NCBI GenBank assembly: GCA_037441675.1
Contig: JBBIRS010000002.1
Span: forward strand, 231,249-295,248
Source: Planctomycetales bacterium
GTDB lineage: Bacteria > 4484-113
DNA length: 64,000 bases
Reading direction: 5' to 3'
Shown here in pieces: positions 29,791-40,089 of this stretch; the first letter of the stretch is position 1; each line of letters opens with the position of its first letter. The notes beneath the pieces are model-generated. The model saw only the letters and a program-made list of their open reading frames with translations. It was not told the DNA's origin and did not search any database. Position numbers and translations under genes: made by a program.

Positions 29791-31317
29791 TTAGCTTGTT
29801 TCTTTGAAAAGTCTTTTAGCTCGAATCCACTCTCCTAGAGCCCGCATAAACTTTTCTTTGCAGAGCCAGAGCACAATCACATACAGGGTCATAGCAAGTC
29901 CAATTTTGCCAAAGAGGAAAATTGCCGTTTCCCTCCAGCCATCGGTAAATGACAATGCGAGAACAATTACAACCGAGCCAAACAATGCGACAAAGGTAGA
30001 GTGCCATGGCCAAAGAACTAGAATTTCTCTTCGGGCGTATAATCCGGTAGCCAAGAACCCTAAAAGGTAGGATAGCGTTGTTGAATACGCAGCTCCCATA
30101 GCGCCAAACTTGGGTATGAGATAAAGGTTCAAAGCCACATTAAATATGGATACGATAATCATAAGCATTAACATTAATCTAACTTTTTCCGCTAACTGCA
30201 AGATTCTGTTGAAGTGACAGCTCATTAACCCAAGAAAGAAACCACCAACCGCTACCCACGGGACGTAAATATATCCTTCCTTAAATCGTGCTCCGAGTAG
30301 TAAAGCTGTAAGGCTTCCCGCCTTGATTGAGGCGATGATGACGACGGGCATCACTATCACTATATAGCCTGCAGCAACTAATCTCATAAGGCGAGTTAGC
30401 TCATCAATTCTGCCTCTCTCGTACATTAAGGTCAAATAAGGATAGGCTGGTATCGCTATTATCCCGAAGAAAAGCAGAATAGCGCTTTCCACTAAGTCAT
30501 AAACTGCGCTATATAAACCTAAGGGTTCTGGTCCTACAAAGTAATTAATCATAAATCTATCCGACGCCCGAAGAATGAAGCTAAAGAGAAGAGTCATAGA
30601 GAAAGGAACCCCGTATCGGATTAGTTCACGGACGATATTAGAAGAAACGTAAAATATGCTTAGAGAGCCTTTGCGAATCCAAATTAAAATATCAGCAAAC
30701 CCAATTATTCCGAAGCCTAATATCAAACCTAAGAGCATACCTCCCGCACCCATTCCAAAGAAAATCACTAAGCCTACGCCAAATAATAGGGACAACACAG
30801 GACGAGAGAGAGAGATAAGGCTATACTTTAGAGTACTGAAACTAGCGCGGGCAAGCTCAAGGGCAAGCATTAAGGCTGACTTGGCAACGAGTAGTAATCC
30901 GCCGAGAAAGAATAGATAAACTTTTTCGGGGCTAACGAATTTAGAAAAAAAGATTAGTAGGATTGACCAGACTAGAAATACAAAAAACGTCCATATTGCA
31001 AAAGAAAAAATTAGCGATGATAAGAATTGCCTCCGTTTAATCTCATCGCTGGAATACCTCTGGAAGTATCTAAAGCCGGAAGTCCAAGTCCAAGCAATAA
31101 GGCTATCCATAGTTAAGGTAGATGTGGCAACCACTAAAGCGTAATTCCCGTACTCATAGGGATACACTAGGCGAGTGTAAACTGCAGTACTGAAGAACCC
31201 CAAAAATGCTGGGACAATGCGCGCAAGCAGGTATATTAAAGCATCAGCAATAAAGTCTCTTTTCGCGCTTGTAAAATCAGTCTTCTCAATTAGGGTATCC
31301 ACAGTGGGCAAACTCAC
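29791..31317 (-). CDS. Oligosaccharide flippase (Wzx/MOP family)
   Basis: About 12-14 TM segments; YTRLV...EYG, DRFMI...LGLYS, LIPKFGAMGAA motifs. Confidence 0.9.
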   Translation of the reverse strand: MSLPTVDTLIEKTDFTSAKRDFIADALIYLLARIVPAFLGFFSTAVYTRLVYPYEYGNYALVVATSTLTMDSLIAWTWTSGFRYFQRYSSDEIKRRQFLSSLIFSFAIWTFFVFLVWSILLIFFSKFVSPEKVYLFFLGGLLLVAKSALMLALELARASFSTLKYSLISLSRPVLSLLFGVGLVIFFGMGAGGMLLGLILGFGIIGFADILIWIRKGSLSIFYVSSNIVRELIRYGVPFSMTLLFSFILRASDRFMINYFVGPEPLGLYSAVYDLVESAILLFFGIIAIPAYPYLTLMYERGRIDELTRLMRLVAAGYIVIVMPVVIIASIKAGSLTALLLGARFKEGYIYVPWVAVGGFFLGLMSCHFNRILQLAEKVRLMLMLMIIVSIFNVALNLYLIPKFGAMGAAYSTTLSYLLGFLATGLYARREILVLWPWHSTFVALFGSVVIVLALSFTDGWRETAIFLFGKIGLAMTLYVIVLWLCKEKFMRALGEWIRAKRLFKETS

Positions 31318-31611
31318 AAATCAATTTGATATATTGACGAACCATAGAAGGGTATCCTAGGGCTTGAAATGTGAACACTTCTTGCAAAATTGAGTGTCAT
31401 TTCACCATAAGCTAGATAACTCTGCATCTTTTTGAACTCCTATTTATTAAACGCTATACTCTATGGAGTATAAAACTTGTAACGATGCAATTTTACAACT
31501 ACTAAGATTACCAATAAATGGAAACTAAAATTCTTAAATGCCTATCAGAAATGTAAAAACTAGCAAGGTGGCGGGGAACTCTTCGGAAACGATAAGAAAT
31601 GAGAAGGAGAC

Positions 31612-31684
31612 TTGCGGGGGAGGGATTCGAACCCTCGACCTCCAGGTTATGAGCCTGACGAGCTACCAGCCGCTCCACCCCGCG
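31612..31684 (-). tRNA. tRNA-Met (CAT), initiator-type
   Basis: CGCGGGGTGGAGCGGCTGGTAGCTCGTCAGGCT-CAT-AACCTGGAGGTCGAGGGTTCGAATCCCTCCCCCGCAA; C1:A72 mismatch typical of fMet; no CCA. Confidence 0.94.
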
Positions 31685-31820
31685 TTAATAAGTATACAGT
31701 TGGTTATCTAACAAGTCAAGACATAATGTTTACCTTGAACAACAATTTCAAAAGGTGTAGTAATTCGGCAGTTCTTATTTTATGTTGGATATAAATCTGT
31801 TAAATAGCTAAACAAAATTT

Positions 31821-32393
31821 TTAGCCCTTCAAACCGAGAGCGAATGGACAGAGTATTTCAACTTTCACTAATCTAGGGCTTGAAAAGCCATAAGCTCTAA
31901 AACGAAAGTCATAGTCCGACAATCTACCTACTAGCTCATAGCCATTCTTTATGTACCTAAACCCAAAAGGACCTCTACCTTCATTAATAGCGATAATCAT
32001 ATACACCTGACCCGCACGCTCCTTTTCAACCGAACGCCAAAGCCTTATATCAAAGGAGCTGGGATATGCGTAAGCTCTTGGCTTCTTCCCTTCAGTATCA
32101 GATTTCCAAGTTTGTGGGTGAGTATGACATTCCCCAACGACTTTCTCGCCTGATAGTTCAGACAAGACTTTTTGAACTGCGTCCCAACTCCTATCTTGAA
32201 CCCAAACCTCACGGTTGCTTGCATCAGCTGTGGAGAAGACCTGAGCAGCTTCAACCCAAACCTCACCATCTGCTACCACACCCAAGAGCGCAGCGAACAT
32301 TTCGTGGCGATATCTATGGCTGAATGCCTCTGCTGCTGCTATTACCAGAGATGAAAATGCATTCTGCTGTAAATGAATTACCTTAGGAACCAT
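31821..32393 (-). CDS. JAB1/MPN/Mov34 (JAMM) metalloprotease-like protein
   Basis: N-terminal E (HEMFAALLG), VVGECHTHP...YPSSFD (HxH...SxxD), YMII strand. Confidence 0.8.
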   Translation of the reverse strand: MVPKVIHLQQNAFSSLVIAAAEAFSHRYRHEMFAALLGVVADGEVWVEAAQVFSTADASNREVWVQDRSWDAVQKVLSELSGEKVVGECHTHPQTWKSDTEGKKPRAYAYPSSFDIRLWRSVEKERAGQVYMIIAINEGRGPFGFRYIKNGYELVGRLSDYDFRFRAYGFSSPRLVKVEILCPFALGLKG

Positions 32394-32623
32394 ATATCCC
32401 GTTAATCCAGACTGTAATTATATACCCAATTCACATGTGATATTTATCAATATTCCAATAGTAATAAACATACCCTTAAAGGCAAGCCTCCCTCCTCGCT
32501 AGTTTCTCATTATTTCGCAAAAAACAAACTACATCCTTTCGCTTTTTCGAAATTCCAACAATCAATAAAAAACATCTGTTTAAGACTAATCTTAAATGGC
32601 AAGAGGAATCAATTTTCATATAT

Positions 32624-34054
32624 TCACTTTCCTACGCAGAAGTTCCTGAAAATCTCATCAAGCACCATATCGCGGGATTCGAGCCAGAGAATACTTGATA
32701 GAGCGCGTTGAGCTGAGTAAAGATCAATAGATATAACATCCAGTGGAATTTCATTCTCCACCGCTGAAAGTGCCTGGCTAAGAGAATTCGCTGCCACCTC
32801 TGTCAGTTTCTTCTGCCTTTCGGTTAACAAATACCTTATGCCTGTTTCCTTCACTTCTGTTAAGCTTTTCAGAAATAATTGAAGTTCATTTAGTCCTGTA
32901 CCAGTATAGGAGGAAATGAGATGAGCATTGATTTTATGCGTAACTTCTTGGACCATTCGCAAGTTTTCCGGAGGAATCGTATCCGCCTTAGTTATTCCAA
33001 GAAAGAAGGGGAGATTTTCCTTCTTAGCGCTATTAACCAACTCAGACAAACGCGGAAGTGGATTAGCGGAGACGCTATTGAGGAATGCGACCTCCTCAAG
33101 AATGATAAGCGCGTCTGCTTCGCTCATCAGTTTCTTTGCCCACTCCATTCCAATCATTTCAACAAGTTCCTTTGCTTCACGAAGCCCAGCGGTGTCAACG
33201 AGTAGGACTTTCACTCCACCAACTTTCACGCTTTCCACTAGGTAATCCCGAGTAGTTCCGGGAATTTCTGTAACAATCGCACGTTCAAACCCGAGAAGTC
33301 TGTTAAAAAGAGTAGATTTGCCCACGTTAGGCGCCCCTAGTATCACCACTTTTAACCCCTCACGCAGGCGCGAGTAACGGTTGTAGAAATCAATGGCGGA
33401 TTCTAGTTCCTGAATAACAGGCATAAGATTGGAGCGGACAAATTCCACCTCACTTCCTGCATCTCCCAGCGCCTCCCTTTCATCTATACTCGCATCCGCT
33501 ACGCCTCCCGGATAATCGTGGACAACCTCAATATGAGCCAAAACGCGGTTTAGCTTGTCTAGCCAGTTTTGAACGCGCGCGGAAAGCTCTCCGCAAAGCT
33601 GATGCACCGCAAGCCTCAGAATTTCCTCGGACCCAGCGCGGATAGTATCATTCACCGCTTCCGCTTGAGATAAATCCAGCTTGCCGTTCAAATAAGCGCG
33701 AAAGGAGAACTCTCCAGGCTCCGCTATGCGTCCTCCGAGAGATTTAAGTCTTTCCAGTAGGCTTTCAACGAGGAGCATATTCCCGGGAAGTGTAATCTCA
33801 AGGACGTTCTCGCCTGTGTAGGAATTTGGAGCCTTGAAGCAAATGATAACCCCATCTACAAAAAGTCCCTCTGCAAACTCTACACGCCTTAAGAAGTGCT
33901 TACCAGCGCAATTCTTGGGAAGTGGCTTATCAATTATCCGCGCAACGATATCATAAGCTCTTTCACCCGAAACCCTAACAATCGCCAGCGCAGAAGTCCC
34001 ATACGGCGTGGAGAGCGCGCATATTGTATCCTCGGTAAGGTAACTAATCCGCAT
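32624..34054 (-). CDS. mnmE: tRNA modification GTPase MnmE
   Basis: DTICALSTP, SYTGE, GEFS.RAYLNGKLDL.QAEA, GAPNVGKS, PGTTRD, DTAG, C-terminal FCVGK. Confidence 0.97.
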   Translation of the reverse strand: MRISYLTEDTICALSTPYGTSALAIVRVSGERAYDIVARIIDKPLPKNCAGKHFLRRVEFAEGLFVDGVIICFKAPNSYTGENVLEITLPGNMLLVESLLERLKSLGGRIAEPGEFSFRAYLNGKLDLSQAEAVNDTIRAGSEEILRLAVHQLCGELSARVQNWLDKLNRVLAHIEVVHDYPGGVADASIDEREALGDAGSEVEFVRSNLMPVIQELESAIDFYNRYSRLREGLKVVILGAPNVGKSTLFNRLLGFERAIVTEIPGTTRDYLVESVKVGGVKVLLVDTAGLREAKELVEMIGMEWAKKLMSEADALIILEEVAFLNSVSANPLPRLSELVNSAKKENLPFFLGITKADTIPPENLRMVQEVTHKINAHLISSYTGTGLNELQLFLKSLTEVKETGIRYLLTERQKKLTEVAANSLSQALSAVENEIPLDVISIDLYSAQRALSSILWLESRDMVLDEIFRNFCVGK

Positions 34055-34123
34055 ACATTTATCCTACCACCAGTTACTCCTCTAGTTTACCAATCTTAAG
34101 CGTGGTAAAATCCGCAAAGAGAA

Positions 34124-35032
34124 ATGGCGCAGAAGAAGCCAAAAACTAATCCTAAAATCGGAAAGGAAAGAGAAAAAGAAGACCAACCTGAACGGAGAGA
34201 GAATAATTTCCGAATCTTTCTCACAAACGATGATGGGATATATGCAGAGGGTTTATTAGCACTTGCCCGTGAACTATCCCCACTGGCGGATATTACCATC
34301 GTTGCGCCGGATGGTCCACGCTCCGCAGTCAGCCACTCAATCACCCTCCACAAACCCTTGCGCCTTCACGCGGTTAACGACTTTCCCTGGAATGTTCACT
34401 CTAGCCATCCCCGTACCTCATACAAGTGTTCTGGGTCTCCTTCCGATTGCGTCATGCTTGGAGTTCTTGAGATTATGAAGGACAAACCTCCTCATCTTGT
34501 TATTTCGGGTATAAACGATGGTCCCAATATGGCGGAAGATTTAACCTACTCTGGAACCGTTGCCGCGGCGATGGAGGGAGCAATACTAGGCTTTCCAAGC
34601 ATTTCAGTTAGTCTAGCACGATCTGAAGCAAGACACTTTGATACCGCGGCGTATTTCGTGAAAGAAATCATCGCTAAGCTCTTCTCTTCAGGCAATGTAT
34701 CACAGTGGTATGCGGTTGATATAAATGCGCTTAAGGCAAAATTCGGTGGGAAGCTTTTTATTAACGTAAATATACCTGACCTGCCCATTAATAAGGTAAG
34801 AGGAATTAGGGTTTGCAAGCCTGGCTTTAGGGGATATAAAGATGTCATTCAAAGGATGACAGATCCTCGCGGTAGACCATTTTATTGGATTGCCGGCGAG
34901 CGAATTGAAGAGGATAGCCATGAGGATACAGACGTGCAGTCGTTATCCAGAGGCTACATTGCGGTCACACCCCTAACTTGGGAAATCTTTTTTGAACCTG
35001 CCTTCAAAAAAGTTAAGCAAGCTCTAGAATAG
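34124..35032 (+). CDS. surE: 5'/3'-nucleotidase SurE
   Basis: LTNDDGI, GSPSDCV, SGINDGPN, YSGTVAAAMEG, DPRGRPFYW, VTPL. Confidence 0.96.
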   Translation: MAQKKPKTNPKIGKEREKEDQPERRENNFRIFLTNDDGIYAEGLLALARELSPLADITIVAPDGPRSAVSHSITLHKPLRLHAVNDFPWNVHSSHPRTSYKCSGSPSDCVMLGVLEIMKDKPPHLVISGINDGPNMAEDLTYSGTVAAAMEGAILGFPSISVSLARSEARHFDTAAYFVKEIIAKLFSSGNVSQWYAVDINALKAKFGGKLFINVNIPDLPINKVRGIRVCKPGFRGYKDVIQRMTDPRGRPFYWIAGERIEEDSHEDTDVQSLSRGYIAVTPLTWEIFFEPAFKKVKQALE

Positions 35033-35323
35033 TTGAGGGACAAATTCATCAACACAAGAAGTAAAAAGTAATTAGGAACTTAAAGGATGCATGAAGCCTC
35101 ATGTTTGCTTCTATTACGTCATATTTAATTTCATTGCAACTTGGGCTAATACATTCTTCACATATAAAACGCAAATTACGGAAAAGCAGTAATTCGTTTG
35201 ACTACTACAATAATCCTCTTATCGTCAGAAGCTGTGTAAAATGAATCGCACTAGCAGGCAGTTTCTATGTTATTATCGGGGGAGTGCGCTTACATTTCAG
35301 GGGGTAAATCTAACTTCGCACAA

Positions 35324-36757
35324 TCATGCCGTCTGCAAAATCCGTTTTGCACGAGCTACACAATCTTCTACTCTCCCATTATTAGTATCATCACAGTATA
35401 TTCTGAGTAATGGCTCGGTCCCCGAAAGCCGAAGCAGGAGAAAACCTTTATCCCAGTCAAGTTTTAATCCATCAATGGTTGAAACTTTCTCGTATTTTAT
35501 TTGAAGTCTCTCCGGAGTGTCCTTCAACTCTGAGATTAGCTGATTCATTCTCGCTACCTCGGAGGAATTTTTAAGGAGGATATCCTCATGATAGAAATAA
35601 CTCTTTTCAAACCTGTCGCAAATCTCTTCCCTTAAATCGCGCAAGTTCTTCCCGCTTATCGCCATCGCTTCCAGCACAAGTAGAAGTTCAAGAAGAGCAT
35701 CTCTCTCCGGCAAGTAAAATCCAAAGCCAATCCCTCCACTTTCCTCTCCTGCGGTTAACGTTCCCTCCTTGAGCAACTCTTTTGTAGCATATTTGAAACC
35801 TACAGGTATTTCCACAACTTGAGCGCCGAAAGCGCTCGCTATGCGGTCGATAAATTTAGAAAAGCTAACCGTCTTTACTACTCTGCCTTTCATGTTCCTA
35901 TTCTCAAGAAGGTGAAGCAGGAGAATACCATAAACCTCGTGAGGTGGAATCACCTCTCCAGTCTCGTCAACTAACCCAAGCCTATCCCCGTCTCCATCAA
36001 ACGCTGCACCAAAACTTTTTTCAACGTCCGCCTCAACCCACGCTGACAAGGTTTTTAGTTCATCTCCTACCGGCTCTGGCCTGCCACCGCCAAAAAGTGG
36101 GTCAGGGGTAGTCCGAATAGGTTGATGATTCACCCCTATACCGTTCAGTACCGCACAGTTCACGACAGAACTCGCGCCATGCATAAAGTCTATGGTCACA
36201 GAAGACAGTTTTCTTATAGCTTCTGCGTCTAGCAGTTTGATGAGATGTTGAGTGTAGCTATTGGTGAGATTGAATTTTTCCGGAAAATAAGCGTTAGCAA
36301 ATATTTCCTCCGAATCTATATAATTAGCATCAACCTCTCCTGAAAGAGTTGATATTAATTCCTGAATTTCTGGTAATGCGCTCCCACCCTCTTTCCCCTT
36401 TATCTTGTAGCCAAGGTAATAGAATGGATTATGACTGGAGGTGATGACTACGCCAAGCGGAGCGGTGAATTCTTTTACCGCAAAAGAAATGTAAGGGGAT
36501 GGACAAAAATTATTGGATAGGACAGGCTTATAGCCTGCCTTCTCAAGAACATAACATACCCCTATGGCAAACTGTTTAGCCAAGAACCTGGTGTCGTAGC
36601 CAACGGGGATTGGGTGGTATGATTCTGGGCAAATTTGCTTAATTGCATGGGCTGTGGCTAGTGCCAATCTCTCAACAGTTGTCCAAGTAAAGTCCCTTCC
36701 AATAATTCCCCGATAACCATCAGAGCCGAACTTAAGCTTTGCCCCGTGCTTATCCAT
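35324..36757 (-). CDS. Phosphoglucomutase/phosphomannomutase family protein
   Basis: FGSDGYRG, TSSHNP, FDGDGDR, GEESGG, RLSGTEP. Confidence 0.94.
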   Translation of the reverse strand: MDKHGAKLKFGSDGYRGIIGRDFTWTTVERLALATAHAIKQICPESYHPIPVGYDTRFLAKQFAIGVCYVLEKAGYKPVLSNNFCPSPYISFAVKEFTAPLGVVITSSHNPFYYLGYKIKGKEGGSALPEIQELISTLSGEVDANYIDSEEIFANAYFPEKFNLTNSYTQHLIKLLDAEAIRKLSSVTIDFMHGASSVVNCAVLNGIGVNHQPIRTTPDPLFGGGRPEPVGDELKTLSAWVEADVEKSFGAAFDGDGDRLGLVDETGEVIPPHEVYGILLLHLLENRNMKGRVVKTVSFSKFIDRIASAFGAQVVEIPVGFKYATKELLKEGTLTAGEESGGIGFGFYLPERDALLELLLVLEAMAISGKNLRDLREEICDRFEKSYFYHEDILLKNSSEVARMNQLISELKDTPERLQIKYEKVSTIDGLKLDWDKGFLLLRLSGTEPLLRIYCDDTNNGRVEDCVARAKRILQTA

Positions 36758-36781
36758 CCAATAAGAATTAGGAATGAAGGT

Positions 36782-37096
36782 TTACAGGATTGATTCAATC
36801 ATTTCCTTCAAAGCGTCGTACTCCCTGAAACCAACAACTTGCTTAACTACTCCGCCGTTACGGAAGAATATAATTGTTGGGACTGAAGTAATGTTAAACC
36901 TTCGGGCTAAGGTGGGACTTTGGTCAGTGTTAATCTCATACACCTTAATTTTCCCACTGTAATCCGTTGATATTTTTTCTATCACAGGGTGAAGCATCTT
37001 ACAAGGAGGACACCAATCTGCGGAAAAATCCAAGAGAACTGGTAGTTCGCTCTTTTCAACCTTTTCCGTAAATTCACTTTCAGCAAGCAATTGCAT
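36782..37096 (-). CDS. trxA: Thioredoxin
   Basis: DFSADWCPPC, SVPT; AAGGAG RBS before ATG 37096. Confidence 0.92.
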   Translation of the reverse strand: MQLLAESEFTEKVEKSELPVLLDFSADWCPPCKMLHPVIEKISTDYSGKIKVYEINTDQSPTLARRFNITSVPTIIFFRNGGVVKQVVGFREYDALKEMIESIL

Positions 37097-37327
37097 TTGC
37101 ACTCTCTCCTTTAATATCAATTAAGGTTTAACTGAATAAATGAATATCTTAGACAATGGATGATTATTTCACCATCCAGTATTATATTGGAATTAATACG
37201 AAATAACTGCATAGACCACTGCAACTTATATAATTAAAATTTTACCACTTTGTTCGTAGTTTTCACACATAGAAATTTTGACTAGCGTTAGGATGCAAAG
37301 GCAAATTTTTAGCCTCTAAGTTGTAGT

Positions 37328-38716
37328 TTATATTCGGATATCGGAGACTTTAGTTGGTGATAGATGTATATTCTTTGCCGATTGATAATCTTCCAAATGA
37401 TAGGAAAGTTTATGCATAAGAAATGAAGCTGTTAGGAATAAAAGAGTTGCCAGAATGCACACGGGGTATGGACCAAAAAATGTATTGAGTATGTATCCAA
37501 TAACTGGACCCATTGCTCCCCTTATGCCTACTAGTGTAATATGAGCACCCATAAAAGGAGCTGCATCTCTCTCGCCAGCAAAGAAAATGTTCCCAAGAGA
37601 CCATACTAGGCTTAATCCTGCCATTCCAGCACCAAATATGATTGATGATAGGTAAACCATAATAATAGGAGGAATTGATATCAACTCTGCAAGTGGCTTA
37701 GCTAAAAATAGAGTTAGCGGGTAAAAGGCTAGGATTAGGTATACCCATCGACTAAATTTAGCTGGATCATTCTTGTCGTAAAAACGCCCGAAGATTGGAA
37801 GAGTTGCGATGGTTGCTAGTTGAAAGAAAAAACCAGAAATTCCAACCTGAGTATAGCTAATTGCCAGTTCTTCCACTAGAAATACTGGCGCGACAACCGC
37901 CATTATCATAAATGCAAGTCCGTAAATGAAGAAATTTCTCTCAAAAGTAGCAAAAGTAGGATTCTGCTTAAGAACGTTCGTGCTGTGAACTAAAGGTACA
38001 ACAACGCTTCTGTAAAATACCTTTAGAAGCGGTTCTCCCCGCAGAAAGAGAGTTTTTTCACCCTTACGAGGAGCTCCACCTCGTATATGTACCTTTGATC
38101 TAAGATATATTCCAATGAATCCAACCACACCTGCCAAAGCGAATAACCACTGGAAGTTCTTCTGATGCGCCTCCAGGACGAGTCCTCCAATAAAAGTACC
38201 AATCATAGTTGCGGAACTTGCAATAGACACGGTTACTGAGTAAAGCTTTCCCAACAGGGGTCTTGAGATATTAGCTTGTAAAATGGCGTTGGTTGCGGGA
38301 ATTATGCCCGAGCTGAATATGAACACTAAGGTGCAAACGACAAGAAATGAGGTTGGCGTAGACACAAAAAGCATTAGCAAAAGAGTTAGTCTTCCAAGAA
38401 CTCCAAACCATAGAAGGAATTTCCTCTTATCTCTACCTAACATCCACTCGGTAAAGAAAATGCCTGAAACGAGCGCAACTGAGCCCGAAAGTTGAAGGAT
38501 TGTGACGTGAATAGACGAGCCAGAAAGAGATTTCAGAACAACAAAACTAGCCAGCCCAAATACCCCCATGGCTAAACCATCTAAAATAGACGTAAGAATT
38601 AGCCAATGTAGGGTGTACTTGTCGATCAGTCCTAGTTTGAACCAATTAAGCGGATAGAAGTTCCGCGCAACTCTTGTCCAAACTACCATACTTTTATTTT
38701 CTAAACATAATTTCAA
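37328..38716 (-). CDS. MFS transporter
   Basis: About 12 TM helices in two halves; GRFYDK motif-A-like loop. Start may be ATG 38689. Confidence 0.85.
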   Translation of the reverse strand: MKLCLENKSMVVWTRVARNFYPLNWFKLGLIDKYTLHWLILTSILDGLAMGVFGLASFVVLKSLSGSSIHVTILQLSGSVALVSGIFFTEWMLGRDKRKFLLWFGVLGRLTLLLMLFVSTPTSFLVVCTLVFIFSSGIIPATNAILQANISRPLLGKLYSVTVSIASSATMIGTFIGGLVLEAHQKNFQWLFALAGVVGFIGIYLRSKVHIRGGAPRKGEKTLFLRGEPLLKVFYRSVVVPLVHSTNVLKQNPTFATFERNFFIYGLAFMIMAVVAPVFLVEELAISYTQVGISGFFFQLATIATLPIFGRFYDKNDPAKFSRWVYLILAFYPLTLFLAKPLAELISIPPIIMVYLSSIIFGAGMAGLSLVWSLGNIFFAGERDAAPFMGAHITLVGIRGAMGPVIGYILNTFFGPYPVCILATLLFLTASFLMHKLSYHLEDYQSAKNIHLSPTKVSDIRI

Positions 38717-38854
38717 ATCTCATAAAACAAAAGGCGCTTTCACAGACTAAATCTGTCTACTCGCGCCTATACTGAATCCAAAGTTTCTCTTTGCGTGATA
38801 ATATACTATCACTTTTTTAGTGGTTCTAATCTTATAAACACGGGTTTTTCAATA

Positions 38855-39568
38855 ATGAATCTACTTTTTGCCACTAGAAATATTCATAAGGCATATGAGG
38901 TAGTGGAAGTTCTAAAGAAGAAATTAGCAATTCCTCATATTTTCACACTTCAAGATTTCCCATCATTTCCGGATTTTGTGGAGGATGGAGTGAGCTTCTC
39001 TGAGATTTCCGCTGGTAAAGCTACTTACTATTCAAAATGCTTATTAAATACAGGCAGAAAGGGTTGGTACGTTCTCTCAGAAGATTCGGGCTTGGAAGTT
39101 TTTCTATTAGATAGCTACCCTGGTATCAGAAGTAATCGCATTGCCGAAACTGATAGGGATAGGATAAGAATCGTATTAGAAAAGCTCAATGAAGTTGACA
39201 AAAATAACACTTTAACACCAGTAGATGTCCTTGAGGGAGTTGATATGAAAATTTGGCAAGGAATTACCCGCCCATCCCGCGCCGCGCGTTTTGTTTCCGC
39301 AATGTCTATAGCAAAGGACGAAGAGCTATTGTTTACTGCCATAGGCGAGGTAAATGGATTTATAACATTTCAATTTATGGGAGAAAATGGCTTTGGTTAT
39401 GACCCAATATTCTTTTATCCAAAAGCCGGTAAGACTTTCGGGCAAATGAGCCGAGAGGAAAAAATGCATGTTAGTCATAGAGCAAGAGCGCTCGAGAAAG
39501 TAATCGCTTTCTTAGAGCCTTTATGTTTGGGAGAGTCTCGCCAAAGTCAGTTCTCATTCATAGGCTAG
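38855..39568 (+). CDS. rdgB: Non-canonical purine NTP pyrophosphatase (RdgB/HAM1 family)
   Basis: FATRN.HK, EDSGL, GFGYDPIF, K..VSHR.RAL; start at ATG 38855. Confidence 0.9.
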   Translation: MNLLFATRNIHKAYEVVEVLKKKLAIPHIFTLQDFPSFPDFVEDGVSFSEISAGKATYYSKCLLNTGRKGWYVLSEDSGLEVFLLDSYPGIRSNRIAETDRDRIRIVLEKLNEVDKNNTLTPVDVLEGVDMKIWQGITRPSRAARFVSAMSIAKDEELLFTAIGEVNGFITFQFMGENGFGYDPIFFYPKAGKTFGQMSREEKMHVSHRARALEKVIAFLEPLCLGESRQSQFSFIG

Positions 39569-39678
39569 TTAACATAGAAAATGTATTTATCGGAAATTAA
39601 CTTATTTCAGAAAAAAATGACCTGCTTTTCGGCTGGTCAAGTTGCTAATCCTAAAAATTAATAATTACGAGGAGGATA

Positions 39679-39903
39679 ATGGAGAAATCAGTAAAAAAAG
39701 TTATTGGGAAATACAGCTTAGAGGTTTACTTTCATAGTGATGGCGGATTAGAGGTGAAAGTAACAGGGCAAACCAACGATATGCGTGTGATATCCGTATT
39801 AGAGATTGAGAAAGTAAGATTCATAAATTCTATGATGATGCAAGCAAAAACGCAAGTAGTCCAAGCTCCGCCTCGACCTGGTCAAAAACCGCCTCAAGCG
39901 TAG
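39679..39903 (+). CDS. Small hypothetical protein
   Basis: 74 aa; strong GAGGAGG RBS; Pro/Gln-rich tail. Confidence 0.7.
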   Translation: MEKSVKKVIGKYSLEVYFHSDGGLEVKVTGQTNDMRVISVLEIEKVRFINSMMMQAKTQVVQAPPRPGQKPPQA

Positions 39904-40074
39904 CTCTTAAATAGCATCATTTCACTGTGCAAGGCTATCACTTTATCCAGTTTAATTGACCTTTGGTTTCTATCTGAGGAACTCATGCTTTAATCAACCA
40001 CAAAGATTAAACCACGTATCTGTTAAGAAATGAGTACTTTCAATTACTAGCTTAAAATCGGATCTTAAAAGAGC

Positions 40075-40083
40075 TGATATAAT
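40075..40083 (+). promoter_or_regulatory. Extended -10 promoter (TGnTATAAT) of bshA
   Basis: TGATATAAT lies 6 nt upstream of the inferred first codon. Confidence 0.6.
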
Positions 40084-40089
40084 CAAATC

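Noticed and set aside
31560..31611. Possible att-site duplication of the tRNA-Met 3' end (ggtggcgggg) marking an integrated island
   Set aside because: The match is too short, there is no integrase, and I saw no second copy at the far end of the glycan locus.
31821..32393. CBASS or ubiquitin-like defence operon around the JAB gene
   Set aside because: The neighbours are tRNA-Met and mnmE; no cyclase, E1/E2, Ubl or effector gene.
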